Assembly: GCA_018260615.1 (NCBI GenBank)
Contig: JAGWDQ010000098.1
Span: 1 to 35,425 of the forward strand
Length of the DNA stretch: 35,425 nt
From: Candidatus Altarchaeum sp.
Lineage (GTDB): Archaea > Altiarchaeota > Altiarchaeia > Altiarchaeales > Altiarchaeaceae
Direction of reading: 5' to 3'
Below, one piece after another: positions 1-9,200 of the stretch (the stretch's first letter is position 1; every line of letters begins with the position of its first letter). The notes under the pieces were generated by a model. It did no database searches and was not told the origin of the DNA. It saw only the letters and a program-made list of their open reading frames with translations. Made by a program: the position numbers and the translations under genes.

Positions 1-120
1 AATCAGAAAAATTTAGTAATTTAAGGGCGGATGTTCTTAATTCGCAACCACTCTAAAAAATCATCTGATTTTGGGCAAATTCATAATCTGTTAAATTTAA
101 TTTCTCAAAAGTAATTCATA

Positions 121-194
121 ATTGTGATGAGATTAGCATTTGCTGATTGACCTGTGCTGATAAATACATGATGAAAATCCTATCTCTGATAAAT
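121..194 (+). ncRNA. Candidate C/D box sRNA (2'-O-methylation guide)
   Basis: Intergenic. C box GTGATGA 124-130, 12-nt guide, D' CTGA 143-146, C' ATGATGA 168-174, 11-nt guide, D CTGA 186-189. Box order and guide lengths are canonical; the D'-C' linker (21 nt) is long. Confidence 0.6.
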
Positions 195-214
195 TTAAAA
201 TTTAAATAAATTGT

Positions 215-730
215 TTGAAAGTGACTGAAAGGAAAATTATGCTCGCCGTAATCGGAAGGGACGGAGAAATTGATGATAATGTTAGGAAAATTTGCTACAA
301 CATCGGAAGAGACATAGCAAAGGCAGATTGTATTTTGATTTGCGGCGGAATGAATGGAGTTATGGAAGGGGCATGCCGGGGAGCGGTTGAAAATAACGGA
401 TTAACTATCGGAATACTTCCGACCGGAAATAAAGAAGATGCAAACGAATATGTTCAAATTTCCATAGCAACAGGCATCGGCTTTGCAAGGAATGCTATTA
501 TAACTTCCGCTGCCGATGGAATCATAGCAATAAACGGCAGACACGGGACATTATCAGAAATCGGATATGCGCTGGGCTATAACAAGCCGGTTGTTCTCGT
601 TGAAGGAAGTAAAGGCGTGTGCGATGATGTTGATTTTTCAAAGGCAAAATTTGAAAATTTATATAAAGCAGATGCAGAGGATGCGGTAAATTTAGTCATA
701 AATTTGATTGAGAATCGGATTGTTAAATAA
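215..730 (+). CDS. LOG/TIGR00725-family Rossmann-fold nucleotide-binding protein
   Basis: LAVIG, ICGGMNGVMEGACRGA, TIGILP, TGIGFARN and GTLSEIGYA motifs. Start may be TTG 215 or ATG 239. Confidence 0.85.
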   Translation: MKVTERKIMLAVIGRDGEIDDNVRKICYNIGRDIAKADCILICGGMNGVMEGACRGAVENNGLTIGILPTGNKEDANEYVQISIATGIGFARNAIITSAADGIIAINGRHGTLSEIGYALGYNKPVVLVEGSKGVCDDVDFSKAKFENLYKADAEDAVNLVINLIENRIVK

Positions 731-790
731 TAATTTTTGTATTCATTCAGAATGGAAACTTTACAAACATTTAAGGGTAAGGAAAAATTT

Positions 791-1024
791 ATGTCAGTAA
801 AAGAACATCTTGTGAAGGAACTCGGAACACTTGAGGAGAAACAATTATACGAAATAGAAGAGTATATAACTTTCTTGAAGTTCCGTTCACGGTTTGTATT
901 GCCTAAATTTAATGAAAAACGAATTGCTCAACTTTATGTGGAATTTGCCAAAGAATATCAGGATCTTGCAGAAGAAGGAATTGCAGATTACACAAATAGT
1001 TTAACAAAGGAGGATGAACAATAA
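791..1024 (+). CDS. Small acidic antitoxin-like protein (DUF2281-like N-terminus), no adjacent toxin
   Basis: 77 aa from ATG 791. N-terminal 'L..L.EKQLYEIEEYITFLK' and acidic tail 'LAEEGIADY'. Family assignment is from recall only. Confidence 0.45.
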   Translation: MSVKEHLVKELGTLEEKQLYEIEEYITFLKFRSRFVLPKFNEKRIAQLYVEFAKEYQDLAEEGIADYTNSLTKEDEQ

Positions 1025-2530
1025 TTTTAATTTTAAACATGATAAATAAACTCCTGATTTTCATGGGATTGTGCATCTTTTTTATTTTTACGATTGGCGA
1101 GAATAGTATAACATCTGACGAAGTAAGAACAGTCGGCACAAGTTCCGAAATTAATGTTTCCGTCAAAATTTCTAACAATTACGCTGATTTAAGTAATTTG
1201 GAAAATTTAAATTTAAAATTTTACCTGAACAACAAAACCGGAACACCTCACAGAATTTTTGGCAGAGAAACAAAAATTGAAGGTCTTAAAGAAACCTGCT
1301 TAAAACAAATAAAGGAAGAAAAAATAAAAGAGGAAAATATTCTGAAAATCACTGATAATTTTATTTCAGCTCACGAAAAATTTTTAAAAGTCAATCCTGC
1401 TGATTTAAAATTAGAAAAATTTGACTCTGACGGCGAAAACTATTATATGACTTATCAGCAGTACTATGACGGGATTCCTGTTTATCGCGGTGTTGTCGGT
1501 TTAACTATTGACAAGTACGGGAGAATTTTAGTTATGGGAAGTGATTTTCAGCAGGGAATTAGTATTTCCACAATACCAGAAATTTCAAAAGGAGATGCTA
1601 TAAGAATAGCAAAGGAGGACATAAATTTTAATGACAATGAATATAAGATTAAAGAAATTTCCCTTATGATTATTCAAAAAGAGGATGCAGGATATACTTT
1701 AGCGTGGAATGTTTTTGTTCTTACAGAATCACCGTTAGGCGACTGGATATTTTTTATTGATGCATTTTCCGGCAAAATAATCAAAAAACACAATAACATA
1801 AAGTTTGGGAGTGTCAATGGAACAGTTAGCGGGATGATTTATCCAAAAAGATATGATGATGTCCGGCAGGAGAAAAATTTTAGTTATGAAATCATCAAAA
1901 TAAATATGACCTCGGACAGTTCGGCATTTTACTCGGGAACTGGTACGGAAGGAAATTTTTATGATGCGAATATGACAACTCTGTTTCCAATAAACCTTTC
2001 TAATGCTACTCATGCAAATTTAACATTTCTCATTCAATACGATATTGAACCGGGCTGGGACTTCGTTTATGTTGAAATTTCAAACGATTCCGGAAATTCA
2101 TGGAAACAACTAAAGAGCAGATATATGAGTTCATACGCGCACCCGCAGGTTTATGCACGGGGATGGATAAATAACTCGGTTGCATACACTGGAAATAGTT
2201 ATGTTATGCTTGAAGAAAATATAAATATTTCCAATTATACCGGCGGAGAAATACTTTTAAGATTCAGATATACCTGCGACAAGTATGAATTTAAGGAGGG
2301 CTTTTATGTGGATAACATTTCAGTCATAACTGACTCGGGAGTTGTATTTTTTGATGACGCTGAAAATAGCAATGGAAAGTGGAATCTGTCAAAATTTAAA
2401 GTAGTTAATAAGTCCTTTAGTACTATGTATGCCATCACAGATAAAAACGGATATTATGAAATTACGGGAATAGAAAACAATACGAATATTCATTCCGAAT
2501 TAATGGGTTTATATGTGGATGTAGATAATG

Positions 2531-2733
2531 GGTGCTGACCCACTAAAATTGGGATAATTAATGTTTGTCTATAAACTCACAATTTTTGTCATTTACGAAT
2601 GAAATGAGTAAATATCCGAACGGAGTGAGGTTAAAAACATAATAATTTACCTTGCTTGAAAAATATAATTTTTAAGCAGATTTTTAAAAAATCTCTCACA
2701 AAATAATTATCCCAATTTAAAGGGATGAGTACC
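2531..2733. mobile_element. 203-bp MITE, ~30-bp imperfect TIRs, 8-bp TSD AGATAATG
   Basis: Left end GGTGCTGACCCACTAAAATTGGGATAATTA; reverse complement of right end GGTACTCATCCCTTTAAATTGGGATAATTA. AGATAATG at 2523-2530 and 2734-2741. Excision restores the reading frame. Confidence 0.93.
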
Positions 2734-3691
2734 AGATAATGATAAACAACACGAGAGTGCATATAATTTTTTATGGAACGGAAATGGAACATATAACTGG
2801 AACTGGTTCCATCATGATACTTCTTACGGACAGCAAGAACAAAATGTATATTATCATGTAAATAAAATTCACGATTATTTCTCCGGATTTAATTTTTCTG
2901 AACTGGATTATCCGTTAAAGGCAGTTGTAGAAGCTAATGGTGTTGGATGTAATGCTTATTATTCTTCCGGCAGGGACAGAATAGCGTTTAGCGAGCCCCG
3001 GCAAAACTGCGAAAGTCCTGCGCTGGGAAGTGACACAATATATCATGAATATGCTCACGCAGTAGTAGATCATATCTACGACCTTGGAGAAAGTGGCGAT
3101 ATTATGGAAGATGCGATGCACGAAGCGTTTGCAGATTATTTTGCGTGCACTATCAATAATGATTCCATAGTTGCAGACGGATGGTCATTTGCGAGGAATC
3201 TTAATAATACCCGAAAGTATCCGGAAAACTGGAATAAATTTAACCCTCATATTTCCGGCTTGATTCTTGGAGGAGCATTATGGGATGTTCGCAAAAAATT
3301 AAACAAGACAATCGCGGACTCATTAATTTTTAAGGCGATACGAATTACACCTCACGCTTATAACTTTTCGGAATTTCTGGATAATCTGCTCATAGCCGAT
3401 GATAATAACAGTAACATAGAAGATGGAACTCCTCACAGAAAAATTATATGCAACATGTTTTCCAGACACGAAATTTATTCGGAAGCAGGACTTTGTGAGA
3501 ATGAATTAATAAATTGTGATGGTGATGACGATGGGTTTGACGCAACAGGCGAAACAAGTGAAGGAATATGTGACGGATATGATTGTAATGATAGCGATGC
3601 AAACATAAATCCAAACGCTATGGATATTCCAAACAATGGAATTGATGAAAATTGTAATGGTTATGACAACAGAACATATTATGGAGATTTT

Positions 3692-3877
3692 GATAATGAT
3701 GGTTATGGAAATGCAACAAATAATGTAACGCAAGATACACCTCCGGCAGGATGGCCAACAGGATGGATTACAAATGCAGGCAAAGCAGTTGATTGTGATG
3801 ATAGTAATGCAATTATAAATCCGGATACTGTGTGGTTTTATGATGCAGATAATGATGGTTATGGAAATGCAACAAAT
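3692..3877 (+). repeat. Exact 30-bp intragenic direct repeat (encodes DNDGYGNATN)
   Basis: GATAATGATGGTTATGGAAATGCAACAAAT at 3692-3721 and 3848-3877. Confidence 0.9.
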
Positions 3878-4164
3878 TATATAATAAGTTGTGATAAACC
3901 ATCCGAAAATTATGTGCTTTATGATTTAGGTCTGGATTGTGATGATAATAATGATAGCATAACTGATGAGTGCTGCACAAAATTTGATTTTGATAATAAT
4001 ACAGCAATTGATATTTTTGATGTAGTAGCAGCACTTGAATATTTAAGCGAAGGGAAGCAAATTTATAACACTATTTGTTCCGAGGCAAATGGTAACGGAA
4101 GAATTGACTTAATTGATATGTTTGCTTTAATTGATAAGATTGTTACGGGAGTATAGAGTATGAG

Positions 4165-4815
4165 TTAATCAAAAATATCCAGTGACAAAATTTCACCCAA
4201 ATCGTAAATTACTTTATCAGCCATACTTAAATCCTGATTTTCATTAATTCCGTTTCTAAATCCGATACAAAACATATTTGCACTTTTTGCAGAAACAACC
4301 CCGTTTTTTGAATCCTCTATGACGATGCAGTTTTCCGGATTTAAATTTAAAATTTTGGCCGAATGTAAATATATTGCCGGAGATGGTTTTCCTTTGCCAT
4401 TAAGTTCGTCTGCACTTAAAATAACATCAAATTTGTTTCTTATTTTAAATCTTTTAAGCATCATTTCTATCCATGAATACGGAGATGAAGAAACCAGCGC
4501 AATTTTTAAATTTTTCTCTCTCAAATTGTCTGCCACATTGAGGAAATTTTGTGTAAGCTCACATTTATTTTCATAGACATCTTTTGCTATTTCGTCGTAT
4601 TGTTTCAGAAATAAATTTTGAGCAATTTTTAAGCCGTATTGCTCTTTTAATACCTTGTAAATATCACTTGCACTTCTTCCGGTAATATTTGCCTGACCCT
4701 CTTCTGTCCATTTTCCAACTAAAGATAAAAACCAGTTCTTTTCCAAAACCGGAAAGTATCGCTCACTGTCTACAATTACCCCATCCATGTCAAAGATTAC
4801 CGCTTTTATTTTCAT
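4165..4815 (-). CDS. HAD-superfamily phosphatase (beta-PGM/CbbY-like)
   Basis: IFDMDGV, LVSSS, KPSP and IEDSKNG motifs. Likely true start is ATG 4815 rather than 4890. Confidence 0.9.
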   Translation of the reverse strand: MKIKAVIFDMDGVIVDSERYFPVLEKNWFLSLVGKWTEEGQANITGRSASDIYKVLKEQYGLKIAQNLFLKQYDEIAKDVYENKCELTQNFLNVADNLREKNLKIALVSSSPYSWIEMMLKRFKIRNKFDVILSADELNGKGKPSPAIYLHSAKILNLNPENCIVIEDSKNGVVSAKSANMFCIGFRNGINENQDLSMADKVIYDLGEILSLDIFD

Positions 4816-4819
4816 TTTC

Positions 4820-4924
4820 TTAATAGTCCGGTATTTGTATTCCGGTATCAGTTTCCCTTTCCCAGAGGTTCCACTTGCCCAAAATTTCAATTATCTCCTG
4901 TTTTTCAAAATTTGTAACATCCAT
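4820..4924 (-). pseudogene. 34-codon 5' remnant of an AAA_14/DUF4143-type ATPase
   Basis: MDVTNFEKQEIIEILGKWNLWERETDTGIQIPDY* resembles the 'EILxxWNxW...TGI.R..Y' N-terminus of archaeal AAA_14 ATPases (recall). Confidence 0.5.
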
Positions 4925-5004
4925 ATTATAAAAATTTAAGTTTTTATCATTTTGAAATGATATTTTAGAAATTTAGAATCTAAATAATTATAAACCATTT
5001 TAAA

Positions 5005-5076
5005 AGCCCCAGAAGGGAATTGAACCCTCGACCTACTACTTACGAGGCAGTCGCTCTACCACTGAGCTACTGAGGC
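5005..5076 (-). tRNA. tRNA-Thr(CGT)
   Basis: Cloverleaf: GCCTCAG acceptor stem, ACTGC-CT-CGT-AA-GTAGT anticodon arm, TTCAATT T-loop. No intron, no encoded CCA. Confidence 0.95.
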
Positions 5077-5159
5077 AAAATAAAAATTTTCAAACTGTTA
5101 TTAAAATTAGGAAATTTAAGATAAATTTTAAATGAAATCTTAATTTAAATGTTTATAAA

Positions 5160-6872
5160 ATGCTCTCCGAAATTAAAACCAAAATTTTATCGGAACTAAA
5201 AAAATTTGACGAAGGTGCATCAGTTGAATTTTCAGAACACTGCGACTTTGCTTCAACAATCGCATTTCGTTTGGCAAAAAAAGAAAAGAGAAATCCGGCA
5301 CTAATTGCAGAAGAAATCGCAGCTCAAATTTCCAAAAATTTATCAAATGCTGTTAAAGTTAAAGCACTTAACGGTTATTTAAATTTCTACTTGACAAATA
5401 AATTTTATGCCGAAAATTTACCGAAAATTCCTGATTTTAAATTTAACAGGCGGGATGAAAAAATCATTTTAGAGCATACATCTGTAAATCCGTCAGGTCC
5501 CATTCACATCGGAAGAATAAGAAATGCAATAATCGGCGATTGTATAGGCAGGACTTTAAAATTTTGCAATTATGAAACCGAAACACATTACTATGTGAAT
5601 GATATGGGAAAACAGATTGCAATAATTGCGCTGGCACGACAGAAAAATTTAAAGAAGGACATGGCCGAATTTGCCGACTTGTCCGACTTCATCAAAAATT
5701 TTGTCCGGAATGACTATGAAATTTTGCCATATTATATTGCGGGAAATGAGCACTATGAAACCGATGAGGACTTCAAAATTCGGGCTGATGAAATAATAAG
5801 AAAGGCAGAATCCGGAGACAAAGATGCAATAAATTTAATGAAAGAAACCGCAAAATTTTGCCTTGAAGGACAAAGACAGGCACTGGAAAATTTAGATATT
5901 AAATTTGACAAATTTGACTACGAAAGCGAATTTGTGGAAAACGGGAAAGTGAATGAAGTCATAAACCATCTATGCCCCGACAGGAAAGACAATGAGCCGG
6001 CAGAAATATCTTTGGAGGAATACGGAATTAAAAGAGAAAAGGGAAAAATCATAATTGCGAGAAGCAACGGAACATCTGTATATCTAGCGAGGGATATTGC
6101 TTATCATCTGCATAAGATAGGGCTAATAAACAAAACTGGAAATAATGGAAAAATTTTAAATGTGCTCGGCGAAGACCATAAACAGGAATTTTTAGAGTTA
6201 AAAACAATTCTGGAGAAAAAATTTGATGTTGATGCGGGTATAACGCTCAATGCAGTATTTTTTTCATTTGTCCATTTTGAGGGCAGGAAATTTTCAACGA
6301 GGAAGGGAAACATTATTACGATAGACGAATTAATAAGCGATGCAATAGAAAAAGCAAAAGGCATGATGCTTGAAAAAAACTTTGCAACAGAAGGTTACAG
6401 AGATATTGGAATTGGTGCCGTAAAATATGCGCTCCTTAAAATAGACCCGCAAAAGCAGATAAATTTTAAATTAGAGGATGCGTTAAATTTTGAAGGCGAG
6501 ACGGCATGCTACATCCAGTACGCTTATGCGAGGATATGCCGGCTAATTGAAAAGAGCAATATAAGTGAGGAAGAAATAAGGAAATTTGATGTCTCATACC
6601 AAAATGTAGATGATGTGGAGTTAAATTTAGCGGGAAATTTAATTAAATTTTACGACATTGCTGAAAAAACATGTAATGAATTCAGGCCGAATTTGCTCGC
6701 ATCTTATATTTACAATTTAGCAACATTGTTCAGCAAATTTTATGACAAATGTCCCGTGCTGAATGCAGAGGAAGATGTTAAGAAGCGAAGATTGCTGCTG
6801 GTTGTTTTAGTGAAATTTGTTTTAAGGAACGGATTGGATTTACTCGGGATTAAAGTGATTGAGAGGATGTAA
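5160..6872 (+). CDS. argS: Arginyl-tRNA synthetase
   Basis: EHTSVNPSGPIHIGRIRNA (HIGH motif), KFSTRKG (KMSK-like), YIQYAYAR and a DALR-type C-terminal domain. Confidence 0.97.
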   Translation: MLSEIKTKILSELKKFDEGASVEFSEHCDFASTIAFRLAKKEKRNPALIAEEIAAQISKNLSNAVKVKALNGYLNFYLTNKFYAENLPKIPDFKFNRRDEKIILEHTSVNPSGPIHIGRIRNAIIGDCIGRTLKFCNYETETHYYVNDMGKQIAIIALARQKNLKKDMAEFADLSDFIKNFVRNDYEILPYYIAGNEHYETDEDFKIRADEIIRKAESGDKDAINLMKETAKFCLEGQRQALENLDIKFDKFDYESEFVENGKVNEVINHLCPDRKDNEPAEISLEEYGIKREKGKIIIARSNGTSVYLARDIAYHLHKIGLINKTGNNGKILNVLGEDHKQEFLELKTILEKKFDVDAGITLNAVFFSFVHFEGRKFSTRKGNIITIDELISDAIEKAKGMMLEKNFATEGYRDIGIGAVKYALLKIDPQKQINFKLEDALNFEGETACYIQYAYARICRLIEKSNISEEEIRKFDVSYQNVDDVELNLAGNLIKFYDIAEKTCNEFRPNLLASYIYNLATLFSKFYDKCPVLNAEEDVKKRRLLLVVLVKFVLRNGLDLLGIKVIERM

Positions 6873-6984
6873 ATTAATACATTTTAATTGTTCGTCTTTG
6901 TACTCCCGAATAGTTACGAACAATATTAAAATTTAATTTGCTATATCTCTAATTTATAATTATATTTGAATTTAAAACGAAAAA

Positions 6985-7221
6985 ATGGCAATAAGTATAT
7001 GTAATGAGGGGATGGTTGAAATACCAGTAATGTACCGGAAAAAGTATGGGCTATATGACAATTCAGAAGTTATCATAGAAGATGACATCTTACATAAGGG
7101 AATATTATTGAGGCCTATTATGAAAAATTTAGAGGATTTCACTTCAAAACTTTCCGCAGACGAAGACAAAATTTTATCAAAAAAGACAGAAATAGTAGTT
7201 AAGAATATTATGAATAAATAA
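6985..7221 (+). CDS. AbrB/MazE/SpoVT-family antitoxin (VapB-like)
   Basis: 'GMVEIP..YRKKYGL...SEVII....GILLRPI'. Its stop overlaps the start of the PIN gene. Confidence 0.8.
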   Translation: MAISICNEGMVEIPVMYRKKYGLYDNSEVIIEDDILHKGILLRPIMKNLEDFTSKLSADEDKILSKKTEIVVKNIMNK

Positions 7222-7755
7222 TGGCTGTTCTAATAGACACAACAGGAATCTGGGGATTATACTTCTCCAATTCAAAGTATCACGAATTTATGAAAAATTT
7301 GCATTCAACAACTGAACTTATTGTGCCAAAAATAACTTTTGTTGAATTGATATATTCGGTCTATACTGCAGAAGGTATCAATGAGATGCAGAAACTTGGA
7401 AAGTTCCTTGATGTGTTGAAGACGGCAGAAAATATTACAATTCTCGAGGAAACATTGGATGATGTCACTTCGGCGTTAAATTTCTACGTTCTGCATGAAG
7501 ATATCTTTATTACTGAAAAAGGAAACATGAGTTTATTTGATGCCATATTGGCAAGCATCTGGAAACGAACGGGACTTGTTTTTTATCGTACAGGAAAGTT
7601 CGTTTTATTATCCTCACACGGAGACACCGAGACACAAAGAGGAAATACACTCTGTGACTTTGTGACTTTGTGTGAGCATTTTTTATACAAGAGATCATTC
7701 ACTCGGGAAATTTGGGGACAGGTATAATCTAAAATATAAAATTATTGAAGTTTAA
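7221..7755 (+). pseudogene. vapC: VapC PIN toxin frameshifted by a 100-bp insertion
   Basis: LIDTT..E..SLFDAIL motifs. Removing 7587-7686 gives ...GLVFYTRDHSLGKFGDRYNLKYKIIEV* (144 aa, stop 7753-7755) and restores the PIN TxD motif. Confidence 0.88.
7587..7678. mobile_element. 92-bp TIR-less hairpin element bounded by TTTTTTAT direct repeats
   Basis: TTTTTTAT at 7579-7586 and 7679-7686. Internal hairpin CTCACAC(7613-7619)-GGAGACAC-CGAGACAC...GTGACTTT-GTGACTTT-GTGTGAG(7670-7676). First 23 nt are identical to 33340-33362. Confidence 0.88.
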
Positions 7756-7780
7756 TATATTATATCTCAAAATTTTTAAA

Positions 7781-9199
7781 ATGATTAATACTATAAATTT
7801 AAAGAATTTTAAACTCCACAAAGACACAACGATTGATTTCGGGAAGATTAATGTATTTATAGGGCCGAATAACAGCGGGAAGTCAAGTGTTATACATGCG
7901 ATGGAGTTGCTTGCGAAAATTTCTACTTTTGGTGCAAATCCTCCGCCGGTTTCACAGAATCCATTTTACATTGATGTCGCAGAATTTGGCGACATTGTCA
8001 GCAAGGGAGAATATTTTTTAGAAATTGGAATTGAAGGTGAGGTTCCTTTGAGTGCTATTCTTTCACCATCCGAAAGTGAAACCGCAAAGAAATTTATAGC
8101 AAGTGAAAATATAAAGATTACGATAAAATACTGCTTAGAAAAAGACAAAGTTTTTATCAAAGATTACAAATTAAAATTGAAATTTTTAGGTGTAGATGTA
8201 GAAGAAATACCTGAGGAAATACCAATAAACGTAGATGAAAGTGACTACATTACCTCATATGAAATCCATTTTTTACCTTTACCTCCAGGCGGTACAAAGG
8301 AAATTATTACGGAGGAAATTATTATTGAAGATAAAACAAGAATTATGATAAGTAGTTTTGAGGGTATTTTGGTTGAAGGAAAAATAAAAAAAGAGAATAA
8401 AAGAGTTCTTGTAACGGTAGTAAAAGGCGATACCACCGACATACTTTTTTCTATTCTTAAAAAAATTATTGAGGATTCTCCACAAAAATTAATAGATTCA
8501 TTTCATTTTGTTTATCCTATTAGGGGATTTGAATGGCAGGCATATGACATAGAGCAAACCAGAAAATCTTCAAATTTAAATCTTGATAATATTTCTCTTG
8601 AAGGAAGAGCAAAGAGTATTCCAAATGCATTTCACTATGATGCAAATCTTAAAAATGAAATATATGAAGCAATGAAGGATGTTATTGATGTGAAATTTTT
8701 TACTGAGCCATTAAGTCGGGAAAAAGTAAAATTACTTTCAGAAATTTCAAAAAAACGGAATATTCCGTTCTTATTTGAAGGTCTCGGCTCACATCAAATG
8801 TTATTTATGTTTCTTCCAATCGCTCTCGCAAAGCAAGGTGATACAATTTGCATTGAAGAACCGGAAAACCATTTGCATCCAAAGGCACAATACGAATTGG
8901 CAAAATTATTTGTGAATATTGTAAAGAAAGAGGAAAAACAACTTGTTATAACAACGCATTCGGAGCATATCATTTACGGATTCCTGAATTCTGTTGCTAA
9001 TGGCAAATTAAAAAAGAATGAATTAAGGATATATTATTTTAAAGAACCTGTTGAAACAATACCGGATGTTAAAGAAGCAAGGGTTGAAAAATTGAATATT
9101 AATGAATTCGGACAGGTTGAAGGAGGGCTTCCCGGATTTTTTGAAACGAAAAGAAAAGAATTATCAGAATTTTTAAATCCGCCAGATAAAAATAAGTAA
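7781..9199 (+). CDS. ABC-type ATPase (AAA_15/AAA_21) with DUF3696-like C-terminus
   Basis: GPNNSGKS Walker A, IEEPENHLHP Walker B/D-loop, TTHSEH H-loop, and C-terminal 'LNINEFGQVEGGLPGFF'. ATG 7781 preferred as start. Confidence 0.88.
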   Translation: MINTINLKNFKLHKDTTIDFGKINVFIGPNNSGKSSVIHAMELLAKISTFGANPPPVSQNPFYIDVAEFGDIVSKGEYFLEIGIEGEVPLSAILSPSESETAKKFIASENIKITIKYCLEKDKVFIKDYKLKLKFLGVDVEEIPEEIPINVDESDYITSYEIHFLPLPPGGTKEIITEEIIIEDKTRIMISSFEGILVEGKIKKENKRVLVTVVKGDTTDILFSILKKIIEDSPQKLIDSFHFVYPIRGFEWQAYDIEQTRKSSNLNLDNISLEGRAKSIPNAFHYDANLKNEIYEAMKDVIDVKFFTEPLSREKVKLLSEISKKRNIPFLFEGLGSHQMLFMFLPIALAKQGDTICIEEPENHLHPKAQYELAKLFVNIVKKEEKQLVITTHSEHIIYGFLNSVANGKLKKNELRIYYFKEPVETIPDVKEARVEKLNINEFGQVEGGLPGFFETKRKELSEFLNPPDKNK

Positions 9200-9200
9200 A

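Larger units (their letters stand above)
1039..4156 (+). pseudogene. Secreted M4/M36-type (thermolysin-like) metalloprotease with MopE-like repeats and a dockerin-like C-terminus, interrupted by a MITE
   Basis: Removing 2531-2741 joins ORF 1039.. in frame to ORF 3104.. (VDN|DKQHESAY...), giving 968 aa. Contains a signal peptide, FTP/PepSY propeptide, HEYAH at 3044-3058 with downstream HEAFAD, DCxDxxxxINP repeats and two EF-hand-like loops at the C-terminus. Confidence 0.9.

Noticed and set aside
24-56. IS end at the window start (TTAATTCGCAACCACTCT)
   Set aside because: Only a vague resemblance, with no partner IR in the window.
2531-2741. Intron or stop-codon readthrough in the protease
   Set aside because: TIRs plus an exact 8-bp TSD explain the break; no bulge-helix-bulge or group I/II features were seen.
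4816-4890. N-terminal extension of the HAD protein
   Set aside because: The HAD motif starts right after ATG 4815, and this DNA reads better as an ATPase stub in another frame.
4980-5076. att-site duplication of a tRNA 3' end
   Set aside because: No second copy of either tRNA 3' end and no integrase were found.
6888-6923. TTGTTCGT/ACGAACAA inverted repeat after argS as a mobile element
   Set aside because: Only 8 bp; more simply a terminator or the vapBC operator.
7587-7727. Genuine C-terminal extension of VapC (168-aa ORF)
   Set aside because: It is read-through into the inserted element; the native tail lies in another frame.
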